Assembly: GCA_937911345.1 (NCBI GenBank)
Contig: CALDPP010000197.1
Location: forward strand, 1 to 48,696
Direction: 5' to 3'
Source of the DNA: an uncultured euryarchaeote
GTDB taxonomy: Archaea > Thermoplasmatota > Poseidoniia > Poseidoniales > Poseidoniaceae
DNA: 48,696 nt
This document shows positions 9,713 through 18,071 of the stretch, piece after piece. The notes beneath the pieces are model-generated. The model worked only from the letters and a program-made list of their open reading frames with translations, was not told the DNA's origin and searched no databases. A program made the translations under genes and the position numbers. Each line of letters begins with the position of its first letter. Within the stretch, counting starts at the first letter, position 1.

Positions 9713-10468
9713 TCAATGATACTTTCCAAACGCAGGATTACTAGAACCAACGTAAGGGTTAGTAGATTTCTCTATACCTATTGTTGTTGTTGGACCATGC
9801 CCAGGATGGACCACTGTATCATCGTCCAAGGGCCATAGTTTACTTATGATTGAATTTGACAGGACATTAAAATCACCACCTGTATTAGGTAGATCAGTTC
9901 TTCCAACCGAACCAGCAAATAATGTATCACCAGCAAATAATTGATTAGGACCACCTTCAACTTCTACCAATATACAACATCCACCTAAAGTGTGTCCTGG
10001 GGTATGTAATATCTTGAATTTAAGTGTGCCAAGTTCCAAATTCATATTATCCTCTAGCAATTTATCAGCGATTGCTGGTTCTGGTAGAACAAAACCCCAC
10101 CTCATCCCCGATTCTTGAGCAAGACTTTGTAAAAAGAAATCGTCCTTATGTAAGTACCAACTAACATCGTATTCATCAAGCAGTAATGGTATCTCTCCTG
10201 AATGGTCAAAGTGTGCATGGGTGTTAACCAAAGCTACTACTCTTCTTTTCTTTACACCTACCTGCTCCATTTCTTCAAAATTATTAGGCCCATTAGACCA
10301 ATCCGGACCTTTTCCACTGAATTCATTTATCCACGAAATTATCCTAGCAGATTCAGAACCCCCGTCTATAATTACTGTATCACCACTTGACAAGTCTGTA
10401 ACAACAGAACACCTCATAGCAAGTGCTCCAACAAAGAATGATTCTACCCATAAATCAGTAGAGTTCAT
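9713..10468 (-). CDS. MBL-fold metallo-hydrolase (glyoxalase II-like)
   Basis: THAHFDH, HTPGHT, FAGDTLFAGSVGRTDL, HPGHG. Confidence 0.9.
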   Translation of the reverse strand: MNSTDLWVESFFVGALAMRCSVVTDLSSGDTVIIDGGSESARIISWINEFSGKGPDWSNGPNNFEEMEQVGVKKRRVVALVNTHAHFDHSGEIPLLLDEYDVSWYLHKDDFFLQSLAQESGMRWGFVLPEPAIADKLLEDNMNLELGTLKFKILHTPGHTLGGCCILVEVEGGPNQLFAGDTLFAGSVGRTDLPNTGGDFNVLSNSIISKLWPLDDDTVVHPGHGPTTTIGIEKSTNPYVGSSNPAFGKYH

Positions 10469-10469
10469 A

Positions 10470-12020
10470 TTAAATCACATCCACTTGTATTGTATCAGAG
10501 GTTGAGTTACCTTCGTCATCAGTTATTCTCAGTTCGAAACGATATCTACCTTTGTTTAATTTTACCCTAAGCTTTGGTAAATCTGATATTTCTTTTCCTG
10601 TTTCATCGACCCAAGAGTAACTTACAATACGATTTTTATCTCCTTTTGTCTCACTACTATCAAGAATAATTATTGATGATTCATCTAATCCAGCATCGTA
10701 AATACGATCTTCTCCAGCACTTGCTACAGGCATACTACTAACTGTTATTTCTTCATGTAAATCCTCTAGAATTACATCTCTATCTGAAATGTCAACAGTA
10801 TCATTATTTGGCATCGATTCAATATCATCTTCCAAAGCAGACAAAAGATTACTGAGATCTCCATCTTGTAAGTCGTTTCCAGAATTTGAGTTAGACAATA
10901 ATTGTTCAAATTTATCATCTTCAGAGTAAATATCCTCTGCATTTACAGATTCTATTGCATTAGGTGAATCAAACCACTCAGTTAATTCAGACTTATCTTT
11001 TTCAATTAACTCAGTCGACAGGTCAATAACTCCTATCGGTTCAATATTTGTGTAATCATTTTGATCGTCTCCTGCAAAATAAAACACATCTCTAAATTTG
11101 GAATATGCTGAATATTGGACAATTCCTTGGTGTTCTACCATCCAATTAGTACCATCGTTCATTATACCATGAACATAAAACCAAGACCCTGCAATTATTC
11201 CTCCATCTGTGACATTGAGGGTTTTAACAGGAAATTTACAGTCAAATATGACATCAGAAATTTCAAACTCGATGCCATCAGTTGTCTGAAGTCTACGGAT
11301 ACTACCGTTATCAAATCCCAAAAAGGAACTATTAGATGCTGGTGAAATCTTGGTTAATCTATTTTTTATTTCATTGCGCATAAGCAATTTGTTATTTTTT
11401 ATATCCCATACCTCTATTTCTAGTGCCTCTTCATCACCTGGAACTAAAGCATAACCTTCCCTACCGATAACAAGTTCACCAGACAAATTACTTCCAACAC
11501 AAGTTATAGATTCACCAACTTCTCCCCTAGGTGGCCGATTCCATATGATTTTTCTACCGTCGAAGCAGAAAACTGAACCGTCTTCCTGAACAATAATCAA
11601 TCCTAAATCACTCCGTAGAATATTGATTATTGAAGTAAATGGTAGATTATTGCTTACGATTTTCCCAAGATAGTCTACGATCACTAATCTTCCTAAATTA
11701 TCTACTACAGCGACAAATTCATCGCATTGTTCAATTATTGATGTTCCGCCGTTTATTTGGCATTCCCAAATCGCCTCAAGATTTTCATCGAAGCATCTTA
11801 TACCAAAATTATCATCTCCAGCATAAAGATGTTTTTTTCTAAAAAACAATCCTTGTACCTCACCTTCTATAGAAAATGATTTGATTTTTATTCCGTCGAC
11901 TGAAATATTTAACAATCCCATTTTCTCTGCCCATGCAAGAGAATTACCATCTTTTGAGATTGCCAGATCAACTACCGTAGATTGAGGTGTGAAAGCAATC
12001 CTCACATCATGGGTAAACAT
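10470..12020 (-). CDS. Beta-propeller protein with acidic linker and C-terminal PKD/Ig-like domain
   Basis: Beta-rich repeats, a D/E-rich region, then a PKD-like pattern PVASAGED...LDSSET...SYSW...GRYRFELRITDDEGNSTSD. Confidence 0.6.
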   Translation of the reverse strand: MFTHDVRIAFTPQSTVVDLAISKDGNSLAWAEKMGLLNISVDGIKIKSFSIEGEVQGLFFRKKHLYAGDDNFGIRCFDENLEAIWECQINGGTSIIEQCDEFVAVVDNLGRLVIVDYLGKIVSNNLPFTSIINILRSDLGLIIVQEDGSVFCFDGRKIIWNRPPRGEVGESITCVGSNLSGELVIGREGYALVPGDEEALEIEVWDIKNNKLLMRNEIKNRLTKISPASNSSFLGFDNGSIRRLQTTDGIEFEISDVIFDCKFPVKTLNVTDGGIIAGSWFYVHGIMNDGTNWMVEHQGIVQYSAYSKFRDVFYFAGDDQNDYTNIEPIGVIDLSTELIEKDKSELTEWFDSPNAIESVNAEDIYSEDDKFEQLLSNSNSGNDLQDGDLSNLLSALEDDIESMPNNDTVDISDRDVILEDLHEEITVSSMPVASAGEDRIYDAGLDESSIIILDSSETKGDKNRIVSYSWVDETGKEISDLPKLRVKLNKGRYRFELRITDDEGNSTSDTIQVDVI

Positions 12021-12093
12021 AATACAACCACACGGTTAAACATCATTAAGTTCACTACTTATTGATTATTTTTACAAACTCAACTTTGCTAAA

Positions 12094-13632
12094 TTAATTT
12101 GAGTCATTATGGATATCGAGTATTTGGTCATCATCATCGAAAGAAGATTTAGCACCATCATTGCGCTGGTTATGGAGTTCAGATAGATATTCTTCAGATA
12201 TATCTCCGGTGACATAAATTCCATTGAAGCAACTCGAATCAAATTCAATACCTTGCGAATCTATGTCCTGAGTAGATTGGATCAAATCTTCTAGAGTCTG
12301 ATAAAACAATCTATCAGATTTTATGTGTTGGTTTATTTCATCAATTGTTCTGTCATTGGCAACAAACTCGGATGTTGCAGGCATGTCAATACCGTATACG
12401 TTTGGATACCTTACTGGAGGAGCTGCAGACGCAAAATATACCTTTGAAGCACCTGATTCTCTAGCCATCTCAATAATTTGCTTACTAGTTGTACCTCTTA
12501 CAATAGAGTCATCGACTAGAAGCACATTTTTACCTTTGAATTCATTTTCTATTGTGTTTAACTTACGTCTTACAGATTTCTCTCTGAGCGCTTGGCCAGG
12601 CATTATGAATGTCCTGCCAACATAACGATTCTTAACAAATCCCTCTCTGTATGGAACATCTAATGAATTGGCCATCTGGAGAGCTGCAATTCTACCCGAG
12701 TCAGGAATTGGTATTACTGCATCTATATCGTGATCTGGCCATTCATCTAATATCCTCTCTGCTAAAATTTTACCTTGATTTAGTCTTGCTTGGTACACCG
12801 AGATACCATCAATCACTGAATCTGGTCTAGCAAAATATACATACTCAAAAATACAAGGATTACGACTTGTTTCTTCTGCGCAAATTCGAGAAAATAAATG
12901 CCCACTTGAAGAGATAAATATTGCTTCACCTGGCATCAAATCTCTTTCAATTTCGAATCCTAAAGCAGTAATTGCAACTGATTCACTACCAACTATCCAT
13001 TCTGTTCCTTCATCAGATTCTCTCTTTCCAAAGATTAACGGCCTTATGCCATGAGGATCTCGAAAAGCCAGTAGACCATATCCTGAAATCATTGATACAC
13101 AAGCATATCCTCCTTTGACATAACTATTCAACGCTGAAATAGCATTGAAAACTGTTTCAATGTCCATGTGAGGCTCGCCTTCTATGGATAAATCTGAAGA
13201 ATATTTTGTCAATTCAACTGCTAAAATATTTAGGAGAATTTCTGAATCACTTTTAGTGTTCATATGCCTAAAGTACTTATCGCGTAGAATGGTACGAAGT
13301 TCAGCAGCATTAGTAAGATTACCATTGTGAGCGATTGAGAGACCATAAGGAGAATTAACGTAAAATGGTTGAGATTCTGCTTTGGAAGAGGTTCCTGCCG
13401 TAGGATATCTAACATGGCCAATTCCAATATGACCCTGTAATCTTTGCATGTGACGAGTGTAGAAAATATTTGGAACCAGACCATTTGACTTTCTTAGCCT
13501 AAATTGTCCCTCATGTTCGGTCATTATCCCTGCAGCATCTTGACCTCGATGTTGAAGTACTGTTAATCCATCGTAAATCAATTGATTAACGTGATAACCC
13601 TTCTTACCGACAACTCCGATAATGCCGCACAC
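12094..13632 (-). CDS. purF: Amidophosphoribosyltransferase
   Basis: GTG 13632 gives MCGIIG (N-terminal catalytic Cys); [32 protein letters not shown]. Confidence 0.97.
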   Translation of the reverse strand: MCGIIGVVGKKGYHVNQLIYDGLTVLQHRGQDAAGIMTEHEGQFRLRKSNGLVPNIFYTRHMQRLQGHIGIGHVRYPTAGTSSKAESQPFYVNSPYGLSIAHNGNLTNAAELRTILRDKYFRHMNTKSDSEILLNILAVELTKYSSDLSIEGEPHMDIETVFNAISALNSYVKGGYACVSMISGYGLLAFRDPHGIRPLIFGKRESDEGTEWIVGSESVAITALGFEIERDLMPGEAIFISSSGHLFSRICAEETSRNPCIFEYVYFARPDSVIDGISVYQARLNQGKILAERILDEWPDHDIDAVIPIPDSGRIAALQMANSLDVPYREGFVKNRYVGRTFIMPGQALREKSVRRKLNTIENEFKGKNVLLVDDSIVRGTTSKQIIEMARESGASKVYFASAAPPVRYPNVYGIDMPATSEFVANDRTIDEINQHIKSDRLFYQTLEDLIQSTQDIDSQGIEFDSSCFNGIYVTGDISEEYLSELHNQRNDGAKSSFDDDDQILDIHNDSN

Positions 13633-13700
13633 AATCTCACCACAAGTCAATTAGCAAATGATTGTTTGCTAGAATAATAACATCAAATTTGTGAGAAAAT

Positions 13701-13880
13701 TCAAGCTTTAGGGCGGTGAGTTTTCTTTGACCAACCGAACTTTCGCATCTTTGCAGTGGCTCCGTATCCACATGACGCACAGACACCTTTTTGCTTGTGG
13801 TAAGCATTTCTTCCGCATCTTCTACATCGAATGTGTGTAGTCTTTTGGCGGCGGCCCATAGACGGTGTACCCTTTGACAT
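13701..13880 (-). CDS. rpl37e: 50S ribosomal protein L37e (eL37)
   Basis: Not in the ORF track. Manual translation MSKGTPSMGRRQKTTHIRCRRCGRNAYHKQKGVCASCGYG...; GAGGTGA ribosome-binding site. Confidence 0.95.
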   Translation of the reverse strand: MSKGTPSMGRRQKTTHIRCRRCGRNAYHKQKGVCASCGYGATAKMRKFGWSKKTHRPKA

Positions 13881-13940
13881 TAACTCACCTCAGCGTCTTG
13901 GCCACCTACCAATACTTTATGAAATAAACGGAAACTAATC

Positions 13941-14426
13941 CTATTCCTCTTCAACCACTAAATAAGATTTTGATATTTTTGATGGGGCATGAGTAATTGA
14001 TGAAAATAACAACCCTAGAGCAATAAATAGAGAAAGAATCAATGCAGAAAGAGATACTATTGTATGGGCAATGTTGTAGACCATTTGAGCCCTTACAGAA
14101 CCATTGCCTTCTAACAGCATTGGACCTTGATTTATGAAAAATATCGTGGCTAATACACCGACTAAAACTGAAATTATCATAGCAAAAATTGGAGCCATTG
14201 GGCGCTTTCTCGATTCTCCATAAAAGAACATATTGCCCAGTAAAACCGTAGAAGCCAAAATGTAAGCCGTTAATGCAGAGTTAGCAATTCTGGGATTTAT
14301 TTGATCAATTCCAAAGTTCGGAATCGTACCATTAACAGAATAATCTATTGCAAATACAAGAATTATCGGAAAAATTAGACCGATTAGAACAATCTTACTA
14401 CCTGGTTTGTTCTCATTTTCAGCCAT
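13941..14426 (-). CDS. Hypothetical membrane protein (about 4 TM helices)
   Basis: Hydrophobic segments; abuts the upstream gene; GGAGGTGA ribosome-binding site. Confidence 0.75.
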   Translation of the reverse strand: MAENENKPGSKIVLIGLIFPIILVFAIDYSVNGTIPNFGIDQINPRIANSALTAYILASTVLLGNMFFYGESRKRPMAPIFAMIISVLVGVLATIFFINQGPMLLEGNGSVRAQMVYNIAHTIVSLSALILSLFIALGLLFSSITHAPSKISKSYLVVEEE

Positions 14427-15218
14427 TTAGTCCTCACCTCCAATATTTTGTTTTACTACTTCAGAAACTGTCGACAATTCATCTTTTGTTGGTGGTGAAA
14501 TGGATTCAGGCTTAGGCAGACTCTTTTCATAGACGAAAATGACTAGAGCAAATGATAGAATTGCTAGGATTGAACCTATTGCAATTCCAATTAAGTCTGC
14601 TATCGACAACCAAACATATTCTCTAAATTCATCAGCCGAAACATTTGATGAATCTAAATTCATAGCACATATTAGAAATAAAAACGATGATACAGACATT
14701 GCAAATAGATAACGTGATTCTTTCCTACGTGAGTCGCCAAATGCTAACATAGCAAGACCGCCAGCCATCGAGATTGATGATAGAGACAAGACTAGGTTTG
14801 GTAAGAATATTAACCAGTAGGGGTTTACTTCACCAGAACTCATGGTAGGAGTTATTTCCCACCAATGCATTAGTGAAAACCAAATTAATCCTAAAAGAAA
14901 AAGCAATGCGCCGAAATTTCGATCGCTTGACGGTAGTCTTCCCACAGGAACATTTCCAGAATAAGCAACCTTGAACAGGCCAATCAAAATCATAATTGTT
15001 GGCCCGGCAATAAAACCAAGTAAGTGACCCACTGCACTAGATGGTGACTCGGGGACAGTCCACGGACTAGCCAAGACTAGTGCAAGCCCAATAAGTGAAA
15101 CAAAGGTTCCTATTTTTGCGCCTATGGATGGAGGTTTAATTTGAGAAAACCATAGACCCAACGGGATAAATGCTAGTGGCAGCCAGAATAGTAAAGCTGC
15201 CTCAAGTATTTCATCCAT
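14427..15218 (-). CDS. Hypothetical polytopic membrane protein (about 7 TM helices)
   Basis: Multiple hydrophobic helices over 263 aa. Confidence 0.75.
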   Translation of the reverse strand: MDEILEAALLFWLPLAFIPLGLWFSQIKPPSIGAKIGTFVSLIGLALVLASPWTVPESPSSAVGHLLGFIAGPTIMILIGLFKVAYSGNVPVGRLPSSDRNFGALLFLLGLIWFSLMHWWEITPTMSSGEVNPYWLIFLPNLVLSLSSISMAGGLAMLAFGDSRRKESRYLFAMSVSSFLFLICAMNLDSSNVSADEFREYVWLSIADLIGIAIGSILAILSFALVIFVYEKSLPKPESISPPTKDELSTVSEVVKQNIGGED

Positions 15219-15349
15219 GACCTTTGGAAGACCAACGGATTAATTACTTCATCCCTAAATTTAAGGTTCAGTCGTCTGTTTTTAAATTCAATAACATACG
15301 GAGTTTCTAAATACCCGACCTTAGTGGGTCGAATGCTTAAGGTGATACC

Positions 15350-15634
15350 ATGGTCAAGATGCCTCGTCAAATAAAGCGATACAGCCCCTCGGCTGGTAAG
15401 CACACCATGCACACAGTTGAGCGCGTAAAGAAAAAGCGTGCTTCAGAACTGAAGTGGGGTCAGAGAAGGTTCCGTAAGGTTATGGCTGGTTACAGAGGTT
15501 TCCCTCGTCCAAAGCCAGACGGCAGAGAAAAGCCAACCAAGAGAGTCAACATACTGTTTAGATGCACAGAAACCGGCAAAGCACACTATGCACCGTGTCA
15601 AAGAGCCAAGAAATTCGAACTAGTCGACAAATGA
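15350..15634 (+). CDS. rpl44e: 50S ribosomal protein L44e (eL42)
   Basis: KHTMHTVERVKK, LKWGQRRF, GYRGFPRP, KPTKR; first gene of the conserved operon. Confidence 0.93.
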   Translation: MVKMPRQIKRYSPSAGKHTMHTVERVKKKRASELKWGQRRFRKVMAGYRGFPRPKPDGREKPTKRVNILFRCTETGKAHYAPCQRAKKFELVDK

Positions 15635-15643
15635 GGTGATTAA

Positions 15644-15814
15644 TTGTCTGGAAATTTTATCAAAGTATCATGCAAAGACTGTGGTTCTGAATCTGTAATA
15701 TTCTCTAGAGCAACTACTGTGATAGCTTGCTCTGTTTGTGGCGCAACACTTACTGCGCCATCCGGTGGAAAAGCAAAACTTGTCGGCTGCAGAATGGTCG
15801 AAGCAATTGAATGA
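15644..15814 (+). CDS. rps27e: 30S ribosomal protein S27e (eS27)
   Basis: Not in the ORF track. TTG start after GAGGTGAT: MSGNFIKVSCKDCGSESVIFSRATTVIACSVCGATLTAPSGGKA. Confidence 0.93.
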   Translation: MSGNFIKVSCKDCGSESVIFSRATTVIACSVCGATLTAPSGGKAKLVGCRMVEAIE

Positions 15815-15829
15815 GGAGGCTGAGCCTCC

Positions 15830-16615
15830 ATGAGCGACCAACTAAATACGCCTGAAGAAGGCGAACTTGTTGTTGTTACAGTAAAGAATGTAAAACAAAA
15901 CGGAGTCTACGTCGATTTCGACGAATACCCTGGTATTGAAGGGTTCATTTTTATTGGTGAAATTGCCAGTGGGTGGGTAAAGAATATTCGTACATTTGTC
16001 CGTGATGGTCAAAGATTAATTTGTAAAGTTATGAGAACTAAGAAAGATGGTTCTTCATTAGAACTGTCATTAAAATCTGTATCTGAAGAACGCAGAAGAG
16101 ATAGGTTACAAGAATGGAAGAATGAACAGAGATCTATCCAGTTGCTGAAAGTATTAGGAGAAAAAGTTGGATGGGATGATTCTGAAAGAGAATCCATTGG
16201 AGAAGATTTAGTATCTGCTTTTGGCACCCTGTATGCATCTTTTGAAGAAGCAGCAATGAATGAGGGCGCAATAGTTGACGCTGGTTTTGAGGGAGGATGG
16301 ATCAAAGAATTCGTTGAGATTGCGATTGAGAATATAATTCCACCATTCGTAGAAATCAAAGGCAGTCTAAATCTATCAATTAATGTTGAAAATGGAGTAC
16401 AGATAATTAAGCAGGCTCTCGAATCTGCTGAAGAATACACATCAGAGAAGGATGAAATATCCGTTATGTGCTTTTATGACGGTGCACCAGAATATAGAAT
16501 CGTGCTGAAAGCACCTGACTTCAAAACCGCAGAAGATCTATGGCAGGAAGTTTCCGATTCAATTGTTACCAAGATGGAAGAAAATGGTGGACAAGCAACC
16601 ACTTTTAGAGATTAA
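15830..16615 (+). CDS. eif2a: Translation initiation factor 2 alpha subunit (aIF2alpha)
   Basis: PEEGELVV S1 domain, EIASGWVKNIR, GAPEYRI; operon context. Confidence 0.93.
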   Translation: MSDQLNTPEEGELVVVTVKNVKQNGVYVDFDEYPGIEGFIFIGEIASGWVKNIRTFVRDGQRLICKVMRTKKDGSSLELSLKSVSEERRRDRLQEWKNEQRSIQLLKVLGEKVGWDDSERESIGEDLVSAFGTLYASFEEAAMNEGAIVDAGFEGGWIKEFVEIAIENIIPPFVEIKGSLNLSINVENGVQIIKQALESAEEYTSEKDEISVMCFYDGAPEYRIVLKAPDFKTAEDLWQEVSDSIVTKMEENGGQATTFRD

Positions 16616-16655
16616 TACCGAGTTAATCATAAACAATAACTACCACGCCACTTAC

Positions 16656-16892
16656 ATGGCAAGGCAGTTACTACAGCAATGTACCCAGTGCAAGGCTTGG
16701 ACATTTCTTAGAGACTGCCCACATTGCGATGGCACAGCAAATGCTGCGGCTCCTATGAAATGGTCTCCGGAAGATCAAAGAGCTAATATCCGTCGTAAAA
16801 TGTACAATGTTGAATCTGAAGAGTGGTTAAATGATTTACCAGAACTAGAAAATATTTCAGATACACGAAAAAACATGTTAGAAGAAGAGTAA
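16656..16892 (+). CDS. nop10: H/ACA RNP protein Nop10
   Basis: CTQC...CPHC and PMKWSPED...RR; lies between aIF2alpha and PAC2. Confidence 0.8.
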   Translation: MARQLLQQCTQCKAWTFLRDCPHCDGTANAAAPMKWSPEDQRANIRRKMYNVESEEWLNDLPELENISDTRKNMLEEE

Positions 16893-16979
16893 CGGATTGT
16901 TTTATCCTATTGCCAAATCGAATTTTTTGTTTGCTATTAATGTCAAACATTATACTGCTTATTGAATGATTCAATGATT

Positions 16980-17735
16980 ATGAGTTTAATGATTGAGTGG
17001 CGGAATGGTCATGAAAATCTATTGGGTGGGAAAATTTGTTTGTTTTCGTTGCCTGGTGTCGGTAACATCGGCAAAGCAGCGATAGACGCTCTAAATTCGA
17101 CCAATGATGCCACTGAAATTGCTAGATTGCATCACACAGCATTGCCACCTCTAGCAACTTTGGATGAGGATGGTTTGTTATCTCCACCACACCTTTCTAT
17201 TCGAGCAATACCAATTAGCGAAGGTGAGTATTTACTTACATTATCAGGAAACTCTCAACCGCTGGAACCAAATAATCAAGGTGTATTGGCAAGGGAAATT
17301 CTTGAACTAATGCAGGAATACCAAGTCTCTGAATTGATTGTATTGGCAGGAATGGTTGATGACGCTGCTAGAAAAGAAATCTTCATTGTCCCAAGCAGTA
17401 GTTCTTACAGAGTAGATTTAGAATCCCGAGGAGCAAATGTTAGGAGAGATGAACCAAGTTCAGGTGCAATTGGACTTGCTGCATTATTGTCTTCATTGGG
17501 CCCAGTATATGGTATCGATTCCGCCTGTGCAATTGCCACCACAGTTGGCGCTAGTGGAGACATAATTGCATCCCAGAACTTATTGCGGTCAATAGATGAA
17601 TGGTTTGGGCTAAATCTCGTAATACCCAAAGATGCAAATGAAAAACTCTTTGAAAAGCTAAAACAGATATCTCCACAAAGACAGGATGACTTGGTTTCTG
17701 AATTGACACAATCCCATGATGCATTCTACATGTAG
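16980..17735 (+). CDS. Proteasome assembly chaperone PAC2 family protein
   Basis: LPGVGNIGK, GNSQP, GAIGLAALL; conserved position after nop10. Start uncertain (16962-16989). Confidence 0.8.
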   Translation: MSLMIEWRNGHENLLGGKICLFSLPGVGNIGKAAIDALNSTNDATEIARLHHTALPPLATLDEDGLLSPPHLSIRAIPISEGEYLLTLSGNSQPLEPNNQGVLAREILELMQEYQVSELIVLAGMVDDAARKEIFIVPSSSSYRVDLESRGANVRRDEPSSGAIGLAALLSSLGPVYGIDSACAIATTVGASGDIIASQNLLRSIDEWFGLNLVIPKDANEKLFEKLKQISPQRQDDLVSELTQSHDAFYM

Positions 17736-17736
17736 G

Positions 17737-17818
17737 CGCCGAGAGAGGGATTTGAACCCCCGTGTCTGACGACAGTGGATTTCGAATCCACCGCAATACC
17801 GGGCTATGCGATCTCGGC
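17737..17818 (-). tRNA. tRNA-Ser (anticodon CGA)
   Basis: Acceptor stem GCCGAGA/TCTCGGC, anticodon arm GTGGA-TTCGAAA-TCCAC, long variable arm, T-loop TTCAAAT, discriminator G followed by CCT. Confidence 0.95.
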
Positions 17819-17870
17819 CTATTCCCGCCTTAAGCGCCATAGTCATAAGCATGATGCTATACGCATAATC

Positions 17871-18071
17871 ATGCAGATTAGGTTCTACGGTCGAGATTAT
17901 GATACGACGTTGAATTTTGAAAATGAAATCAAATTGAGGGATGCTTTGGTTGAAAGTAAAATTTTACCATCTACTGTTGTAGTTAGTTTCGAAGAACAGA
18001 TTTTGCCTCTTTCAACGATAATCAAAAATGATATTGAGTTATTAGTTACAACAGTTTCTTCTGGTGGCTAA
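17871..18071 (+). CDS. Ubiquitin-like ThiS/MoaD-family small archaeal modifier protein (SAMP-like)
   Basis: 66 aa from ATG 17871 ending VSSGG, beta-grasp pattern. The longer ORF-track start overlaps the tRNA. Confidence 0.8.
   Translation: MQIRFYGRDYDTTLNFENEIKLRDALVESKILPSTVVVSFEEQILPLSTIIKNDIELLVTTVSSGG

Noticed and set aside
14427-15218. About 7-TM protein as a rhodopsin
   Set aside because: No RYxDW-type helix C motif and no retinal-binding Lys motif in the last helix.
15314-15331. CGACC-N6-GGTCG hairpin upstream of rpl44e as an autoregulatory RNA
   Set aside because: Only 5 bp and probably upstream of the transcription start; insufficient evidence.
15640-15831. 63-aa minus-strand ORF
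   Set aside because: Antisense to rps27e.
17737-17818. tRNA-Ser as an integration site for a mobile element
   Set aside because: I saw no integrase and no duplicated tRNA 3' end; the flanking genes are core.
17551-17870. ORFs and an N-terminal SAMP extension spanning the tRNA
   Set aside because: They overlap a well-formed tRNA; SAMP has a good ATG at 17871.
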